DNA of 64,000 nt, from the NCBI RefSeq assembly GCF_009914755.1, contig NC_060940.1, one strand, 5' to 3'. The position numbers and the translations under genes were made by a program. How positions within the stretch are numbered: position 1 is the stretch's first letter; each line of letters starts with the position of its first letter. Origin of the DNA: the human T2T-CHM13v2.0 reference genome, Homo sapiens. Below the pieces are notes generated by a model, which was not told the DNA's origin, did no database searches, and saw nothing but the letters and a program-made list of their open reading frames with translations. Positions 26,059 to 41,100 of this stretch are shown piece by piece.

Positions 26059-29000
26059 ATATACTGATAAATACTCAACATATAAAGTTGGTGAGTTGCA
26101 ATTATGTCTGTGATATTTCCAATAACCATGGTGAAAGGAAGACACTGTATTTTAAATGTAGACAAACTGATTTCTCTGGAGTCGGAAAAACTGAAAGACT
26201 TCTTGGATAACATCATTTTTGCTCACAACATAATGACATATAGTAAACAAACTTCCATGAATAGCCCTACATTAATTGTGGCATATTGCCTTAAAATGTT
26301 TCTCAGTCAGAGTAGAGGAGTTCAGGACCTGGTTTAAATAGTCAATTATCTGATGGCATCAACCTTTGTTTTGATCCAGTCAGTTGGAAACACTATTTCT
26401 GTAGGATCTATGATGGGACACTTCAGATCCCATTGAGGACTGTAGTGAAAAAACTAATATCCCATGATAAAAACTAGAAACAAGCTACCTGTGAAAGTGC
26501 TTTGCAATGTGTGGATTCATCTGACAGAGTTAAAACTTTGTTTTGATTGAGCTAGTTAGAAATACTCTTTTTGTAGAATCTATGAAGGGATATTTCAAAG
26601 ACCATTGAGGCCTATAGTGAAAAAGCAACTATCCCACGATAAAAACTAGAAACAAGCTATCTGTAAAAACACCTTGCGATGTGTGGATTCAGTTCACAGA
26701 GCTAAACCTTTTTTTTGGTTCAGCCAGTTGGAAACACATTTTTGTAGAATCTATGAAGGATTATTTCAGAATCCATTGAACTCTATAGTGAAAAACCAAA
26801 TATCCTGGGATAAAAACTAGAAAGAAGATCTTTGTGATGCATGGATTCATTTCTCAGAGTTAAACCTTTGTTTTTATTCAGCCTGTTGGAAACATCCTTT
26901 TTATTGAATCTAAGAAAGAACATTTCAAAGCCCATTGATGCCAGTAGTGAAAAATTGAATATCCCACAATAAAAAATTGAAACAAGATATCTGTAAAAAT
27001 GCATTGAAATGTGTATTTGTCTCACAGAATTAAATCTTCCTTTGATTCAGCTGGTTCGAAACACTCTATTTGTAGAATCCATGAAAAGACATTTCAGAGC
27101 TCATTGAGGCCTATAGAGAAAAACTGAATATTCCATGATAAAAGTAGAAACAAGCTATCAGTGAAAATGTTTTGTGATGTGTGAATTCATCTCAAAGAGT
27201 TAAACCTTCCTTTTAATTCAGCAGGTTGGGAACACTTCTTTCATAAAAACTATGAAGTGACATTTCAAAGTCCTTTGAGGCCTGTAGTGAAAAACAGAAT
27301 ATCCCACAATAGAAACTAGAAAAAAAGCTATCTGTGATAGGGTTTTGTGATGTGCAAATTCATCTCACAGAGGTAAACATTTCTTTTGATTCAACAGGTT
27401 GGAAGAACTCTATTTGTATAATCTACGAAGGGACATTTCAGAGCCCTTTGAGGCTTATAGTGAAAAACCGAATATCCCACAATATAAACTAGAAAAAAAC
27501 TATCTGTGAAAATGCATTGCAATGTGAGGATTCATCTCACAGAGTTACATGTTTCATTTGATTCTGCTGGTTGGAAACACTTTTTCTTGTAATCTCTATG
27601 AAGGAACATTTCTGAGCTTATTGAGACCTATAGTCAATTGTGAAAAACCATATATATAGTGAAAAACCATATATCCTGCCATAAAAACTAGAAACAAGCT
27701 ATCTGGGAAAAGGCTTTGCAATGTGTGGATTCATCTCAAAGAGTTAAACTTTTGTGTATATTTAGACAGTTGGAACCACTCTTTTTGTACAATCTTCAAA
27801 GGGATCGAAGGGACATTTTGGACCCATTGAGGCCTATAGAAATAAACCAAATATCATGCAATAAAAACTAGAAAGAAGATATCTGTGAAAACACTTTGCA
27901 ATGTGTGGATTCATGTGACACACATAAACCTTTGTTTTGATCCTGCCAGTTGGAAACACTCTTTTTGTAGAATCCACAAAGGGACTTTTCAGAGTCCATT
28001 GAGGAGTACAGTGAAAAACTGAATATCCTATGATAAAATCCTGAAAAAAGCTCTCTGTGAAAATGCTATGCTACGTGTAAATTTATCTCAGAGAGTTAAA
28101 CCTTTCTTTTGATCCAGCTAGTTGGAAATACTCTTTTTGTAGAATCTATGAAGGACTTTTTGGAGCTTATTGAGGCCTATAGAGGAAAACCAAATACCCT
28201 GCGATAAAAGCAGAAACAAGCTATCTGTGAAAACGTGTTGTGATGTGTGAATTCATCTCAAAGAATTAAACCTTCCTTTTAATTCAGCAGGTTGGAAACA
28301 CTTCTTTTGTAGAATGTATGAAGGGACATTTCAGAGTTCTTTTAGTCCTATAGTGAAAAACTGAATATCCTGTGAAAAAACTAGAAAAGAGCTTCCTGTG
28401 AAAATGCTTTGTGATGTACGAATTCATCTCACAGAGGTAAATTTTTCTTTTAATTTACCAGGTTGGAAACACTCTTTTTGTAGAATCTACAAAGGGACAT
28501 TGAGTCCTATGATGAAAAAATGAATATCCCATGATAAAAACTAGAAACAAGCTATCTGTGAAAATGCGTTGCAATGTGTGGATTTGTCTCACACAGTTAA
28601 ACCTTTCTTTTGATTCAGCAGTTTGAAAACACTATTTTTGTAGAATCTATGAAGAAACATTTCAGAGGCATTTGATGACTATAGTGAAAAACCGAATATG
28701 CCATAATAAAAACTAGAAAAAAGCTATCTGTGAAAATGCGCTGTGAAGTGTGGTTTTATCTCAGAGAGTTATAATTTTGTTTTGATTCAGCCAGTTGGGA
28801 ACACAATTTCTTAGGAATCTATGAAAAGACATTACAATGCCAATTGAGGCCTATAGTAAAATACCAAATATCACATGATGAAAACCAGAAACAAGCTATG
28901 TGTGAAAACACTGAGTGATGTGTGCCAACATATCACAGAGTTAAACTTTTCTTTTGATCCAGCAGGTTAGAAACACTCTATGGTAGAATCTACAACAGGA

Positions 29001-31958
29001 CATTTCAGAGAGATTGAGGCCTATAGTAAAAATACAAATATCCTGTGATAAAAGCTAGAAAAGAGCCATTTGTGAAAACACTTTGCAATGTGTGGATTCA
29101 ACTCATAGAGTTACACCTTTCTTTAGATTCAGCTGGTTGGAAACACTCTTTTTGTAAAATCTATGAAGTGACCTTTTGATGGTCGTTGAAGCCTACAGTG
29201 AAAAATAGAATATCCCACCATAAAAACTAGAAACAATATATCTGGTGAATCTGCTTTGCAATGTGTGGATTCATCTGAAAGTCTTAAATCTTTCTTTCAA
29301 TTCAGCCAGTTGGAAACACTTTATTTGTAGAATCTACGAAGGGAAATTTCAGAACTTATTGAGACCTATAGTGAAAAACTGAATATCCCATGATAAAAAC
29401 TGGAAACAAGCTATCTGTTAAAATGCTTTGTGATATGTAAATGTATCTCACAGAGTTAAACATTTATTTTCATTCAGCAGTTTTGAAACACTGAAGATTT
29501 TTGTAAAATCTACAAAGGGACATTTCAAAGTCCATTGAGGCCTATAGTAAAAAACTGAATATCTCGTCATTAAAAACTAGAAAAATGCTACCTGTGAAAA
29601 CACTTTGTGATGTGTGGATTAATCTCACAGAGGAAAACCTTTCTTTTGATTGAGCTGGATAAAATCACTGTTTTTGTAGAGTCTGTGAAGGGACATTTCA
29701 AAGCCCATTGACGCCTATAGTAAAAACTTGAATATCCCTCAATAAAAACTAGAAAGAAGCTATTGGTGAAACCACTTTGTGATGTGTGGATTCATCTCAC
29801 AGAGATAAAACTTTCAATTCAGCAGTTTGGAAACACTTCTTTTTTAGGGTCTACAAAGAGACATTTCAGAGCCCATTGAGACCTATAGTAAAAAAACAAA
29901 TATTTTGCAATAAAAACTAGAAGCAAGCTATCTGTGAAAATGCTTTGTGATGTATGGATTTATATCACAGAATTATACCATTTTCTTGATTCAGCTGGTT
30001 GGTAACACTCTTCTTGTAGAATCTATGAAGGGACATTTTGGAGCCCATTGAGGCCTATATTGAAAAGCTGAATATTCCATGATTAAAACTAGAGAGAGAT
30101 TCATCTCACAAAATGAAACCTCCCATTTGATTCAGCCTGTTGGAATCACTCTTTTTGTTGAACCTATGAAGGGACATTTGAAAGCAGATTGAGGCCTATA
30201 GCAAAAAACCGAATAAACTGTAATAAAAACTGGAAACAAGCTATCTGTAAAAACACTTTCTTTTGTGTGGATTCATCTCACAGAGGTAAACCTTTGTTTT
30301 ACTTCACCATGTTAGAAACACTTTTTTTTGTAGAGTCTATGAAGGGACATTTTGGAGCCCACTGAGGCTTATGGTATATATATATATATATATTTCACAA
30401 TAAAAACTAGAAACAGGCTATCTGTGAAAACGCTTTGGGATGTATGATTCATCTCACAGAGCTATACCCTTTTCTTGATTCAGCCGATTGGAAACACTCT
30501 TTTTGTAGAACCTACGAAGGGATATTTTGGAGCCCATTGAGGCCTATAGTGAAAAATCGAATATCCCACAATAAAAACTAGAAAGAAAGATTTTTTTAAA
30601 CTGTTTTGTGATGTGTGGATTCATCTCACAGAGTTAAAACTTTCTTTTATTCAGCCAGTAGGAACAACTTTTTTTGTAAAACCTAGGAAAGAACAATTCA
30701 GAGCTCATTGAAGTCTATAGTAGAAAATGGAATATCTTGTCATGATCACTAGAAACAAGCTATCTGTGAAAATATTTTGCTATGTATGGATTCATCTCAC
30801 AGAGCTATACATTTCTTTTGATTCAGTCCATCAGAACTACTATTTTGTAGAATTATGACGGGACATTTCAGAGCTTACTGAGGCCTATAAAGAAAAAGAG
30901 AACCTCCCACAATAAAAAGTAGAAATAAGCTATTTGTGAAAACGTTTTGCCATGTGAAAATTTATCTCGAAGAGTTAAACCATTCTTTTGTTTCAGCAGG
31001 TTATAAAGACTTCATTTGTGGAATCTACAAGGAAACATTTTGGAGTCCATTGAGGCCTATAGTGAAAAAATAAATATCCCATAATAAAAATTAGAAGAAA
31101 AATGTCTGTTAAAATGCTTTGCAATTTGTAGATTCATCTCACACAGTTAAACTTTTGTTTTAATTCAGCTGGTTGGATACACTCTTTCTGTAGAATCTAC
31201 GATGGGACATTTTAAAGCCCATTGAGGCCTATAGTAAAAAAATGAACATCTTGCAATGAAAACTAGAAACAATTTGTCTGTGAAAGTGCTTTGCAATGTG
31301 TGGATTCATCTCACAGAATTAAACATTTGTTTTATTTCAGCTGGTTGGAAACACTCTCTTTGTAGAATGTGTGAAGGGACATTTCAAAGGCCATTGAGGC
31401 CTATAGAGAAAAACCAAATATCCCGCAAGAAAAGCTGGAAGCAAGCTATCTGTGAAAATGCTTTATGATGCATGCTTTCATCTCAGAGAGTTATACTGTT
31501 CTTTCATTTCAGCCAGTGAGAAGCACTCTTTTTGTAGAATCTATAAGGGGACAGTGCGGAGCCCATTGAAGTCCATAGTGAAAGACTGAATATCCCATGA
31601 TAAAAATTAGAAACAAGCTGTCTGTGAAAACATGTTGCAATGTGTGGATTCATCTCAAAGAATGAAACTTTCTTTTGATTAAACAAGTTGGAAACACTCT
31701 TTTTTTAGAATCCACAATGGGACATTTTGGAGTCCATTGGGGCCTATTTTGAAAATCCAAATATACCGCAATAAAAACTAGAAAGAAACTATCTGTAAAA
31801 ATGCTTTGTGATGTGTGAATTCATTTAACATAAATAAAACTTTTTGTTATTCAGCCAGTTGGGACCTCTCTTTTTGTAGAATCTATGAAGGGATATTTCA
31901 AAGGCCATTGAGGCCTGTAGGGAAAACTGAATATCCTGCAATAAAAACTAGAAACAAG

Positions 31959-32647
31959 TCAGGAAACAACAGGTGCTGGAGAGGAGGTGCAGAAATAGGA
32001 ATATTGTTACACTGTTGGTGGGACTGTAAACTAGTTCAACCATTGTGGAAGACAGTGTGGCAATTCATCAAGGCTCTAGAACTAGAAATACCATTTGACC
32101 CTGTGATCTCATTACTGGGTATATACCCAAAGGATTATAAATCATGCTGCTATAAAGGCACATGCACATGTATGTTTATTGCGGCACTATTCACAATAGC
32201 AAGGACTTGGAACTAACCCAAATGTCCAACAATGATAGACTGGATTAAGAAAGTGTGGCACATATACACCATGGAATACTATGCAGCCATAAAAAAGGAT
32301 GAGTTCATGTCTTTTGTAGGGACATGGATGAAGCTGGAGACCATCATTCTCAGCAAACTATCGCAAGAACAAAAAACCAAACACCACATGTTCTCACTCA
32401 TAGGTGGGAATTCAACAATGAGAACACATGGACACAGGAAGGGGAACATCACACACTGGGGCCTGTCGTGAGGTGGGGGGAGGGGGGAGAGAAAGCATTA
32501 GGAGATATACCTAATGTAAATGATGAGTTAATGGGTGCAGCACACCAACATGGTACATGTATACATATGTAACAAACCTGCACGTTGTGCACATGTACCC
32601 TAGAACTTAAAGTATAATAAAAAAAAGAAAAAAAGAAATGCTAAAAA
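31959..32647 (+). mobile_element. 5'-truncated L1PA (L1PA4/5-like) in alpha satellite
   Basis: ORF2 C-terminus (NNRCWRG...[19 protein letters not shown]), 3'UTR '...gtaccctagaacttaaagtataataa', A tail, 16 bp TSD aaaaactagaaacaag (31943-31958 / 32648-32663). Confidence 0.92.
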
Positions 32648-34879
32648 AAAAACTAGAAACAAGCAGTTTGTTAGCATGCTTTGTGATGTGTAGATTCATC
32701 TTACAGAGTTAAAAATTTGTTTTTATTCAGCCATTTGGAAACACTTTTTTTGTAGAATATATGAAGGAAAGTTTCTGAGCCCTTTGAGGCCTATAGTGAA
32801 AAACAGAATATTCCATGATAAAAACAAGAAACAAGCAGTCTGTGAAAATGCTTTGTGATGTGTGGATTCATCTCACAAAGTTAAACCTTTTTTTTCTTTT
32901 TTTGTTCAGCCAGTTGTAAATACACTTTTAAAAGTATCTACCAAGGGAAATTTCAGAGCCCTTTGAGGCCTATATTGAATTACCAAATATGCCACAATAA
33001 GTACTAGAAACAAGCTATCTGTGAAACTGCTGTGTGATGTCTGGATCCATCTCACAGAGTTAAACCTTTGTTCTGATTAAACTGGTTGGAAATACTTTTT
33101 TTTTTTTTGTAGAATCTATGAAGGGAAACTTTGGAGCCAATTGAGGCCTATAGCAAAATACAGACTATCCTGTAATAAGAGTAGAAGAAAGTGATCTGTA
33201 AAAATGCTTTGTAATGTGTGGTTTTATCTCACAGAGTTAAAATTTTCTTTTTATTCAACCAATTGGGAACACTATTTTTGTAGAAACTACAAAGGGACAT
33301 TTTGGAGCCGATTAAGAGCTATAGTGAAAAAAAAGAATATTTCATGATAAAACTAAAAACAAGCCATCTGTGAAGATGCTTTAGGTTATATGAATTCATC
33401 CCACAAAGTTAAACTTTTCTTTTGATGCAGCCATTTGGAAATATGCTTTTTGAAGAATCTACCAAGGAACATTTGAGAGCCCCTTGAGGCCTATATTGAA
33501 TTACAGAATATGCCACAATAAGAACTAGAAACAAGCTATCTGTGAAAATGCCTTGCAATGGGAGAATTCATCTCAAAGAATTAAACGTTTCTTTTGAGTG
33601 TGCAAGTTGGAAACACTGTTTTTGTAGAATCTACAAAGTGACATTTCAAAGCCCATTGAGGCCTATAGGGAAAAACGGAATACCCTGTGATAAAAACTGG
33701 AAACAGGCTATCTGTGAAACCACTTTGTGATGTGTGGATTCATATCAAAGGGTTAAATCCTTGCTTTGATTCAACTGATTAGAAATGCTTTTTTTTTAGA
33801 AACTACGAAGAGATATTTCAGAGGCCAATGAAGCCTATAGTCAAAAAACAAATATCCCATGATCAAAACTGGAAACAAGCTATATGTGAAACAGCTTTTC
33901 AATGTGTGGATTCATCTCACAGAATTAAACCTTTCTTTTGATTCAGCCGGTTGGAAACACTCTTTGTGGAATATACAAAAAGACATTTTAGAGCACAATA
34001 AGGCCTATAGTGAAAAACAAAAAATCCCATGATAAAAATTAGAAACAAGCTATATATAAAAACACTTTGGGATGTGTGGATTCATCTCACAGAGGTAAAC
34101 CTTTGTTTTGATTCAGCAGGATTGAAAGACTCTTTTTGTAGAATCTACGAAGGAATATTTCACAAACCATTGAGGCCTATAGTGGAAAACAGAATATACC
34201 ATGATAAAAACTAGAAACAAGCAATCTATGAAAATGCTATGTGATGTGTGGATTCATCTCACAGAGTTAAACCTTTCTTATGAACAGGCACTGGAAATCA
34301 CTCTTTTTGTAGAATCTATGAGGGAACATTTTGAAACCCATTGAGGCCTACAGTGAAAAACCAAAAATCCCACAATATAAAGTAGATACAAGCGGTCTTT
34401 ACAAACGCTTTGAGATGTGTGGATTCATCTGACAGAGTCAAAATTTTGTTTTGATATAGCCAGTTAGAAGATCTCTTTTTGTATAATCTATAAAATGACA
34501 TTTTGAAGCCCTTAGAAGCCTATAGTGAAAAACCGAATATCCCCAGATAAAAACTAGAAAGAAGCTATCTGTGAAAACACTTTGCAATACGTGGATTTAT
34601 CTCAGAAAGTTAAACCTTTTCTTGGTCCAGCCAATTTTAAACACTCTTTTTGTAGAATCTATAAAGAAACATTTTGGAGCACTTTGAGGCCTATAGTGAA
34701 AAACTGAATATTTCACAATTAAAACTAGAAACAAGCTATTTGTGAAAATGCTTCACTGTGTGTGGATTTAGCTCACAAATTTAAACCTTTATTTTGATCT
34801 AGCTGGTTAGAAACACTGTTTTTGTAGAATCCAGGAAGAAACATTTAGAAGCCCTTTGAAGCCTATTGTTAAAAACAGA

Positions 34880-35193
<314 letters not shown>

Positions 35194-38100
35194 AAAAACA
35201 GAATATTCCATGATAAAAACTAGAAACAAACCTTCTATGAAAATGCTTTGTGATGTGTGGATTCATCTCAAATAGCTAAAACTTTGTTTTGATTCAGCAG
35301 GTTAGAATATACGTTTCTAGGTTTTATCACGGAATACTCAGTTTTCCTGTAGAATATCTGGACAGACATTTCCGAACCCATTGTGGCCTAAAGTGAAAAA
35401 CTGAATATTCCATGATAAAATCTAGAAAAAAGTTATCTGTGAAAATGCTCTGCAATGTGTGGATTAATCTAATAGAGTTAAAACTTTATTTTGATTCAGT
35501 AGGTTGAAAACATCCTTTTCATAGAATCTAAGAAATAACAATTCAGAGCCCATTGATGCTTATAGTGAAAAACTGAATATCCCATGATAAAAACCTGAAA
35601 CAAGGCATCTGTAAAAATGTTATATTACGATTGGATTTATCTCAGAGAGTTAAAACTTTCTTTTGATTCAGCTTATTGGAAATACTCTTTTTATAGAATC
35701 CATATGAAGGGACATTTTGGAGATTATTCAGGCCTATAGAGAAAAATTAAATATCCTGCAATAAAAGGAGAAACAAGCTATCTGTGAAAACGTGTTGTAA
35801 TGTCTGAATTCATCTCAAAGAGTTAAACCTTTCCTTTAATTCAGCAAGTTGGAAACACTTCTTTTGTAGAATGTAGGAAGGGACATCTCAGAACCTTTTG
35901 AGGCTGATGAGGAAAACACTGGAAAAGAGCTCTCTGTGAAAGTGCTTTGTAATGTGCAAATTCTTCTCACAGAGGTACATTTTTCTTTTGATTTTTCAGG
36001 TTGGAAATGCTCTTTCATAGAATCTACAAAGTGATATTTTAGAACTCACTGAGTCCTATAGTGAATAAGCAAATATCCCATTATAAAACTAGAAACAAGT
36101 TGTCTGTGAAAATGCTTTTTAATATGTGGATTTATCTCACAGAGTTAAAACTTTATTTTGATTCAGCAGTTTGGAAACAGTATTTTTCTAGAATCTGTGA
36201 AGGGACATTCGAAGTCCATTGAGGCCTATAGTAAAAAAACAAATGTTTTGTGTTAGAAACTAGAAAAATGCTATCTCTGAAAATACTTTGCATTGTGTGG
36301 ATTCTTCTCACAGTTACACTTTCTTTTAAATCAGCCATTTGGAAACACTCTTCTTGTAGAATCTACTAAGAAACATTTCAAAGCCATTTGATGTGTATAG
36401 TGAAAAATCCAACTCTGCTGTGATAAAAACTAAAAACTATCTTTGAAAACCTTGGTTCTGATTCAGCAGGGTGGAAACACCCTTTTTGTATAATCTATGA
36501 AAATCATTTCAGAGCATTTTGAGGGCAAAACTGAAAAACAGAATGTTCTGCAATAAAAACAGGAAACAAGCTATCTGTGAAAATGCTTTGCAATGTGTGG
36601 ATTCATCTTACAGACTTCAACATTTGTTTATATTCAGCAGATTGAAAAGACTCTTTTTGCACAATCTACAAAGGGGAACTTCAGAGTCCATTGAGGCTTA
36701 TAGTGAAAAATAGAATATCCCGCAATAAAAACTAGAAACAAGCAATCTCTGAAAATGCTTTGTAATGCATAGATTTATCTCACAAAGTAAAAAAATCTCT
36801 CTTGAGTCAGCAGGTTTTAAACAATCCTTTTTTAGAATCTATTCAGGGACATTTCGGAGCCAGTTGAGGCTGATAAAGAACAACCAAATATCCCACAATA
36901 AAAAATAGAAATCCTTCATGATGTGTCAATCAATCTCAAAGAGTTGAACATTTCTTTTCATTCAGCAGGTTGGAAGCACTCTTTTTGTTAAATCTACAAA
37001 GTGACATTTCAGAGCCCATTGATGCCTGTAGAGAAAAATGGAATATCCCATGATAAATTCTAGAAACAAGTTATCTGTGAAAATTGTGAAAATGCTTTGT
37101 GATGTGCGGATTCATCTCACAGAGTTAAACCTTTGCTTTCATTCAGCAGTTTCAAAACACTCTTATTGTAGAACATACAAAAAGACATTTTGGAACCCTT
37201 TGAGACCTAAAATGAAAAATCAAATATCCCACAATAAGTATTGGAAACAACCTGTTTGTCAAAATATTTTGCAATGTGTGGATAAAATTCAAAGAGCTAA
37301 ACCTTTTTTTTGATTCATCAAGTTGAAAACGTTCTTTTTGTAGAATCTATGGAGAAACATTTTGAAGCCCCTTGAAGCCAATACTGAAAAACTGAATATC
37401 CCATGATAAAAACTAAAAACAAGCTGTCTCTGAAAATATTTTGTGATATGTGGATTCATCTCACAGAGGTAAACCTTTGCTTCAGTTCAGCAGGTTGGAA
37501 AACACCTTTTGTAGCATCTATGAAGGGAAATTTCAAAGCCCATTCAGGCCAATGGTGAAAAAATAAATATCCTATGATAAAAACTAGAAAAAATATCTGT
37601 GAAAATGCTGCGTGATATGTGGATTCATCTCACTGAGTTAAACCTTAGTTTTCATTCAGCAGGTTGGAAACACTCTTCTTGTAGAATCTACAAAGTCACA
37701 TTTTTAAGCCTATTGAGGCCTGTAATATAAAACAAATTATCCTGTCTTAACAATGAGAAACAAACTCTCTGTGAAAATGCTTTGCAAAGTGTGGATTCAT
37801 CTGACAGAGTTAAAGTACCATTTTGATTCAGCAGGTTGTAATCACTCTTTTTGTAGAATGTATGAAAAGATATTTTGGAGCCCATTGAGTCCTATAGTGA
37901 AAAGCCAAATGTTTCTTGATAAAAACTAGAAACAAATTGCCTTTGAAAATGCTTTGTGCAGTGTGGATTTATCTCACTGAGTTAAACTTTAGTTTGGAGT
38001 CAGACGGTTGAAAATATTCTTTTTGTAGAATCTACAAGGGACATTTCAAAGCCCTTTGAGGCCTATAGGGAAGAACCCCATATCCTGCCATAAAAAGTAT

Positions 38101-41100
38101 AAACAAGATATCTGTGGAAACGCTTGCAATATGTGGATTCACCTCACACAGATAACCCTTTGTTTTAATTCAGCAGGATACAAATACTCTTTTTGTAAAA
38201 TCTATGAAGGGACATTTAGGATTTCATTGGTGCCTATAGATCAAAACTGAATATCCTGTGATGAAAACTGGAAACAAGCTATATTAGTAAATGCTTTGTG
38301 ATGTATTGATTCATCACAAAGAGTTAAAACTTTATTTTTATTCAGCATATTGAAGATTGTCTTGTTGCAGTGTATACCAAAAGACATTTCAGATCCTATT
38401 GAGTCCTATAGTGAAAAACCACATATCCTGAGATAAAAACTAGCAACAAGCTGTTTTTCAAAATGCCTTGTGATGTGTGGATTCAATTCACAGAGCTAAA
38501 CCTTTGTTTTCATATAGCAGATTGGAAACGCTTTTTTTGTAGAATCTACAAAGAGATATTTTGGAGCCCATTGAAGCTGATATTAAAAAATGGAATATCT
38601 CATGATAAAAACTACAAACAAGCAATCTAAAAATATTCTGGATGTATGGATTCTCTCACAGAGTTAAAACTTTGTTTTGGTTCAGCAGGTTAGCAACACT
38701 CTTTTAGTAGAATATATGATATGACATTTCAGAACCCATTGAGGCCGAATATCCCACAATAAAAACTAGAAACAAGCTATCTCTCAAAATGTTTTGCATT
38801 GTGTGGATTCATCTCACAGTGTTAAACCTTGGCTTTCATTCAGCAAGTTTGGAGCCCTCTTTGTGTGTAGTCTAAAAAGAGACATTTCGTAGCCCTTTCG
38901 GATTTATAGTGCAAAATAGAATATCCCATGTTAAAAACTAGAAACAAGCTACCTGTGAAAATGTTTTGTGATGTGTGAATTCTTCTCATAAAGTCAAACC
39001 TTTGTTTTTATTCAACAGTGAGTAAACCGTCTTTTTGTAGTATCCACAAAGGGACATCTCGGAGCCCTTTAAGGCCTCTAATGAAAAACTGAACATCCTG
39101 CATTAAAAAGAAAAAAACAAGCTATCTGTGAAAATGCTTTGTGATGTGTGGATTCAATTAGAAGAGCTAAACCTTTGTTTTGATTCAGCAGGTTGAAAAC
39201 ACTCTTTTTGTAGAGTCTACAAAAAGACATTTCAGAGCCCATTGAGACAAATAGTGAAAAACTAAATATCCCATGATAAAATCTAGAAAAAGCTATCTGT
39301 GAAAATGCTTTGTGATGTGTGGGTTCATCTCATAAAGTCAAACCATTGTTATTATTCAGCAGGGTGGTACCCCTCTTCTTGTGGAATCTACTAAAAAACA
39401 TTTCAGAGCCCATTGATGCCTATCATGAAAACCGAATATTCACAATAAAAACAAGAAACAGGCTATCTGTGAAAATGCTTTGTGATGTGTGTATTCATCT
39501 CACGGAGTAAAACCTTAGTTTTGATTCAACAGGTTTGAAATCCTCTTTCTGGAGAATCTAGGAGGAATATTTCAGAGCTCATTGAGGCATATAGTGAAAA
39601 ACCGAATATCCAGCCATAAAAACCAGGAACAAGCTATCTGTAAAAATGCTTTGCAATGTATAGATTCATCTCAAAGAGTTAAACATTTATTTTCATTCAG
39701 CAGGTTGGAAGCTCTCCTTTTGTGGAATCTATGAAGGTATTGAATATCCTGCAAAAAACTAGAAACAAGTTATCTGTGAAGATGCTTTGTGATGTGTGTA
39801 TTCACCTCACAGAGTTAAATCTTTATTTTGATTCAGCAGGATGGAAACACTCTTTCTGTAAAATCTATGAAGGGACATTTCAAAACTCATTAATGCTGAT
39901 AGAGAAAAACAATATATTGTGATAAAAACTAGAAACAAGCTATCTGTGAAAATTCTATGTGATGTGTGGATTCATCTCACAGAGTTAAGACTATGCTTTG
40001 GTTCAGCAGGTTGGAAAAATCTTTTTTGTAGAATCTATGAAAGGACATTTTGGAGCCAATTGAGGCCGATAGTGAAAAATTGAACAGCCCATGATAAAAA
40101 CAAAAAACAGACTATCTGTGAAAATGCTTTGCAATGTGTGGATTCAATTCACAGAGCTAAACCTTTGTTTCGATTTGGCAGATTGAAAACCCTCTTTTTG
40201 TAGAATCTACAAAGGGACATTTCAGAGCCCATTGAGGCCAATAGTAAAAAACTGATAAAAACTGGAAACACACTATCTATGAAAATGCTTTGCAATGTGT
40301 GGATTCATCTCACAGAGTTAAACTTTTTTCTTTGATTCAGCAGGTTGGAAACACTCTCTTGGTAGGATCTATGAAGGAACATTTCAAAGCCCACTGATGC
40401 CCATAATTAAAAACCAAATACTCCACAATAAAAATAATAAACAAGGTATCTGTGAAAATTCTTTGCAAAGCGTGGATTCATCTCACAGAATTAAACCTTT
40501 GTTTTGATTCAGCTGATAGGCAACACTCTTCTTTTAGAATCTACAAAGGGACATTATGGAGCCTATTGAGGCCTACAGTGAAAAATCTAATATCCTGCAA
40601 TAAAAACTAAAAAAAAAAAATCTGTGAAAATGCTTTGCAAGGTGTGGCTTTATCTCACTGAGTTAAACCTTTCTTTTGATTCAGCCAGTTCAAAACACTT
40701 TTTTTGTAGAATTTACAAAGGGACTTAGTTAAACCTTACTTTTGATTGAGCAGATCAAAAATACTCTTTTTGTAGAATCTATGAAGGGATATTTCAAAGC
40801 TTGTTGAGGCCTATAGTGAAAAATGGAATATCCCATGATAAAAATTAGATACAAGCTATCTGTGAAAATATTTTGTGGTGTGTCGACTCATCTCACAAAG
40901 TTAAACATTTATTTTTATTCAGCAGGTTTGAAGCACTCTTTTTTTGGAATCTACAAAGGTACATTTCAGAACCCAATGCATGTTGTATTGTAAAACCGCA
41001 TATCCCGTGATAAAAACTAGAAACACACCATCTGTGAAAATGCTTTGAAATCTGTGGATTCATCTCACAGAATTAAACCTTTGTTTTGTTTCAGCAGGAT

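Noticed and set aside
31815-32216. 133-aa ORF as a real gene
   Set aside because: It is a chance read-through from alpha satellite into the truncated L1 ORF2 C-terminus.
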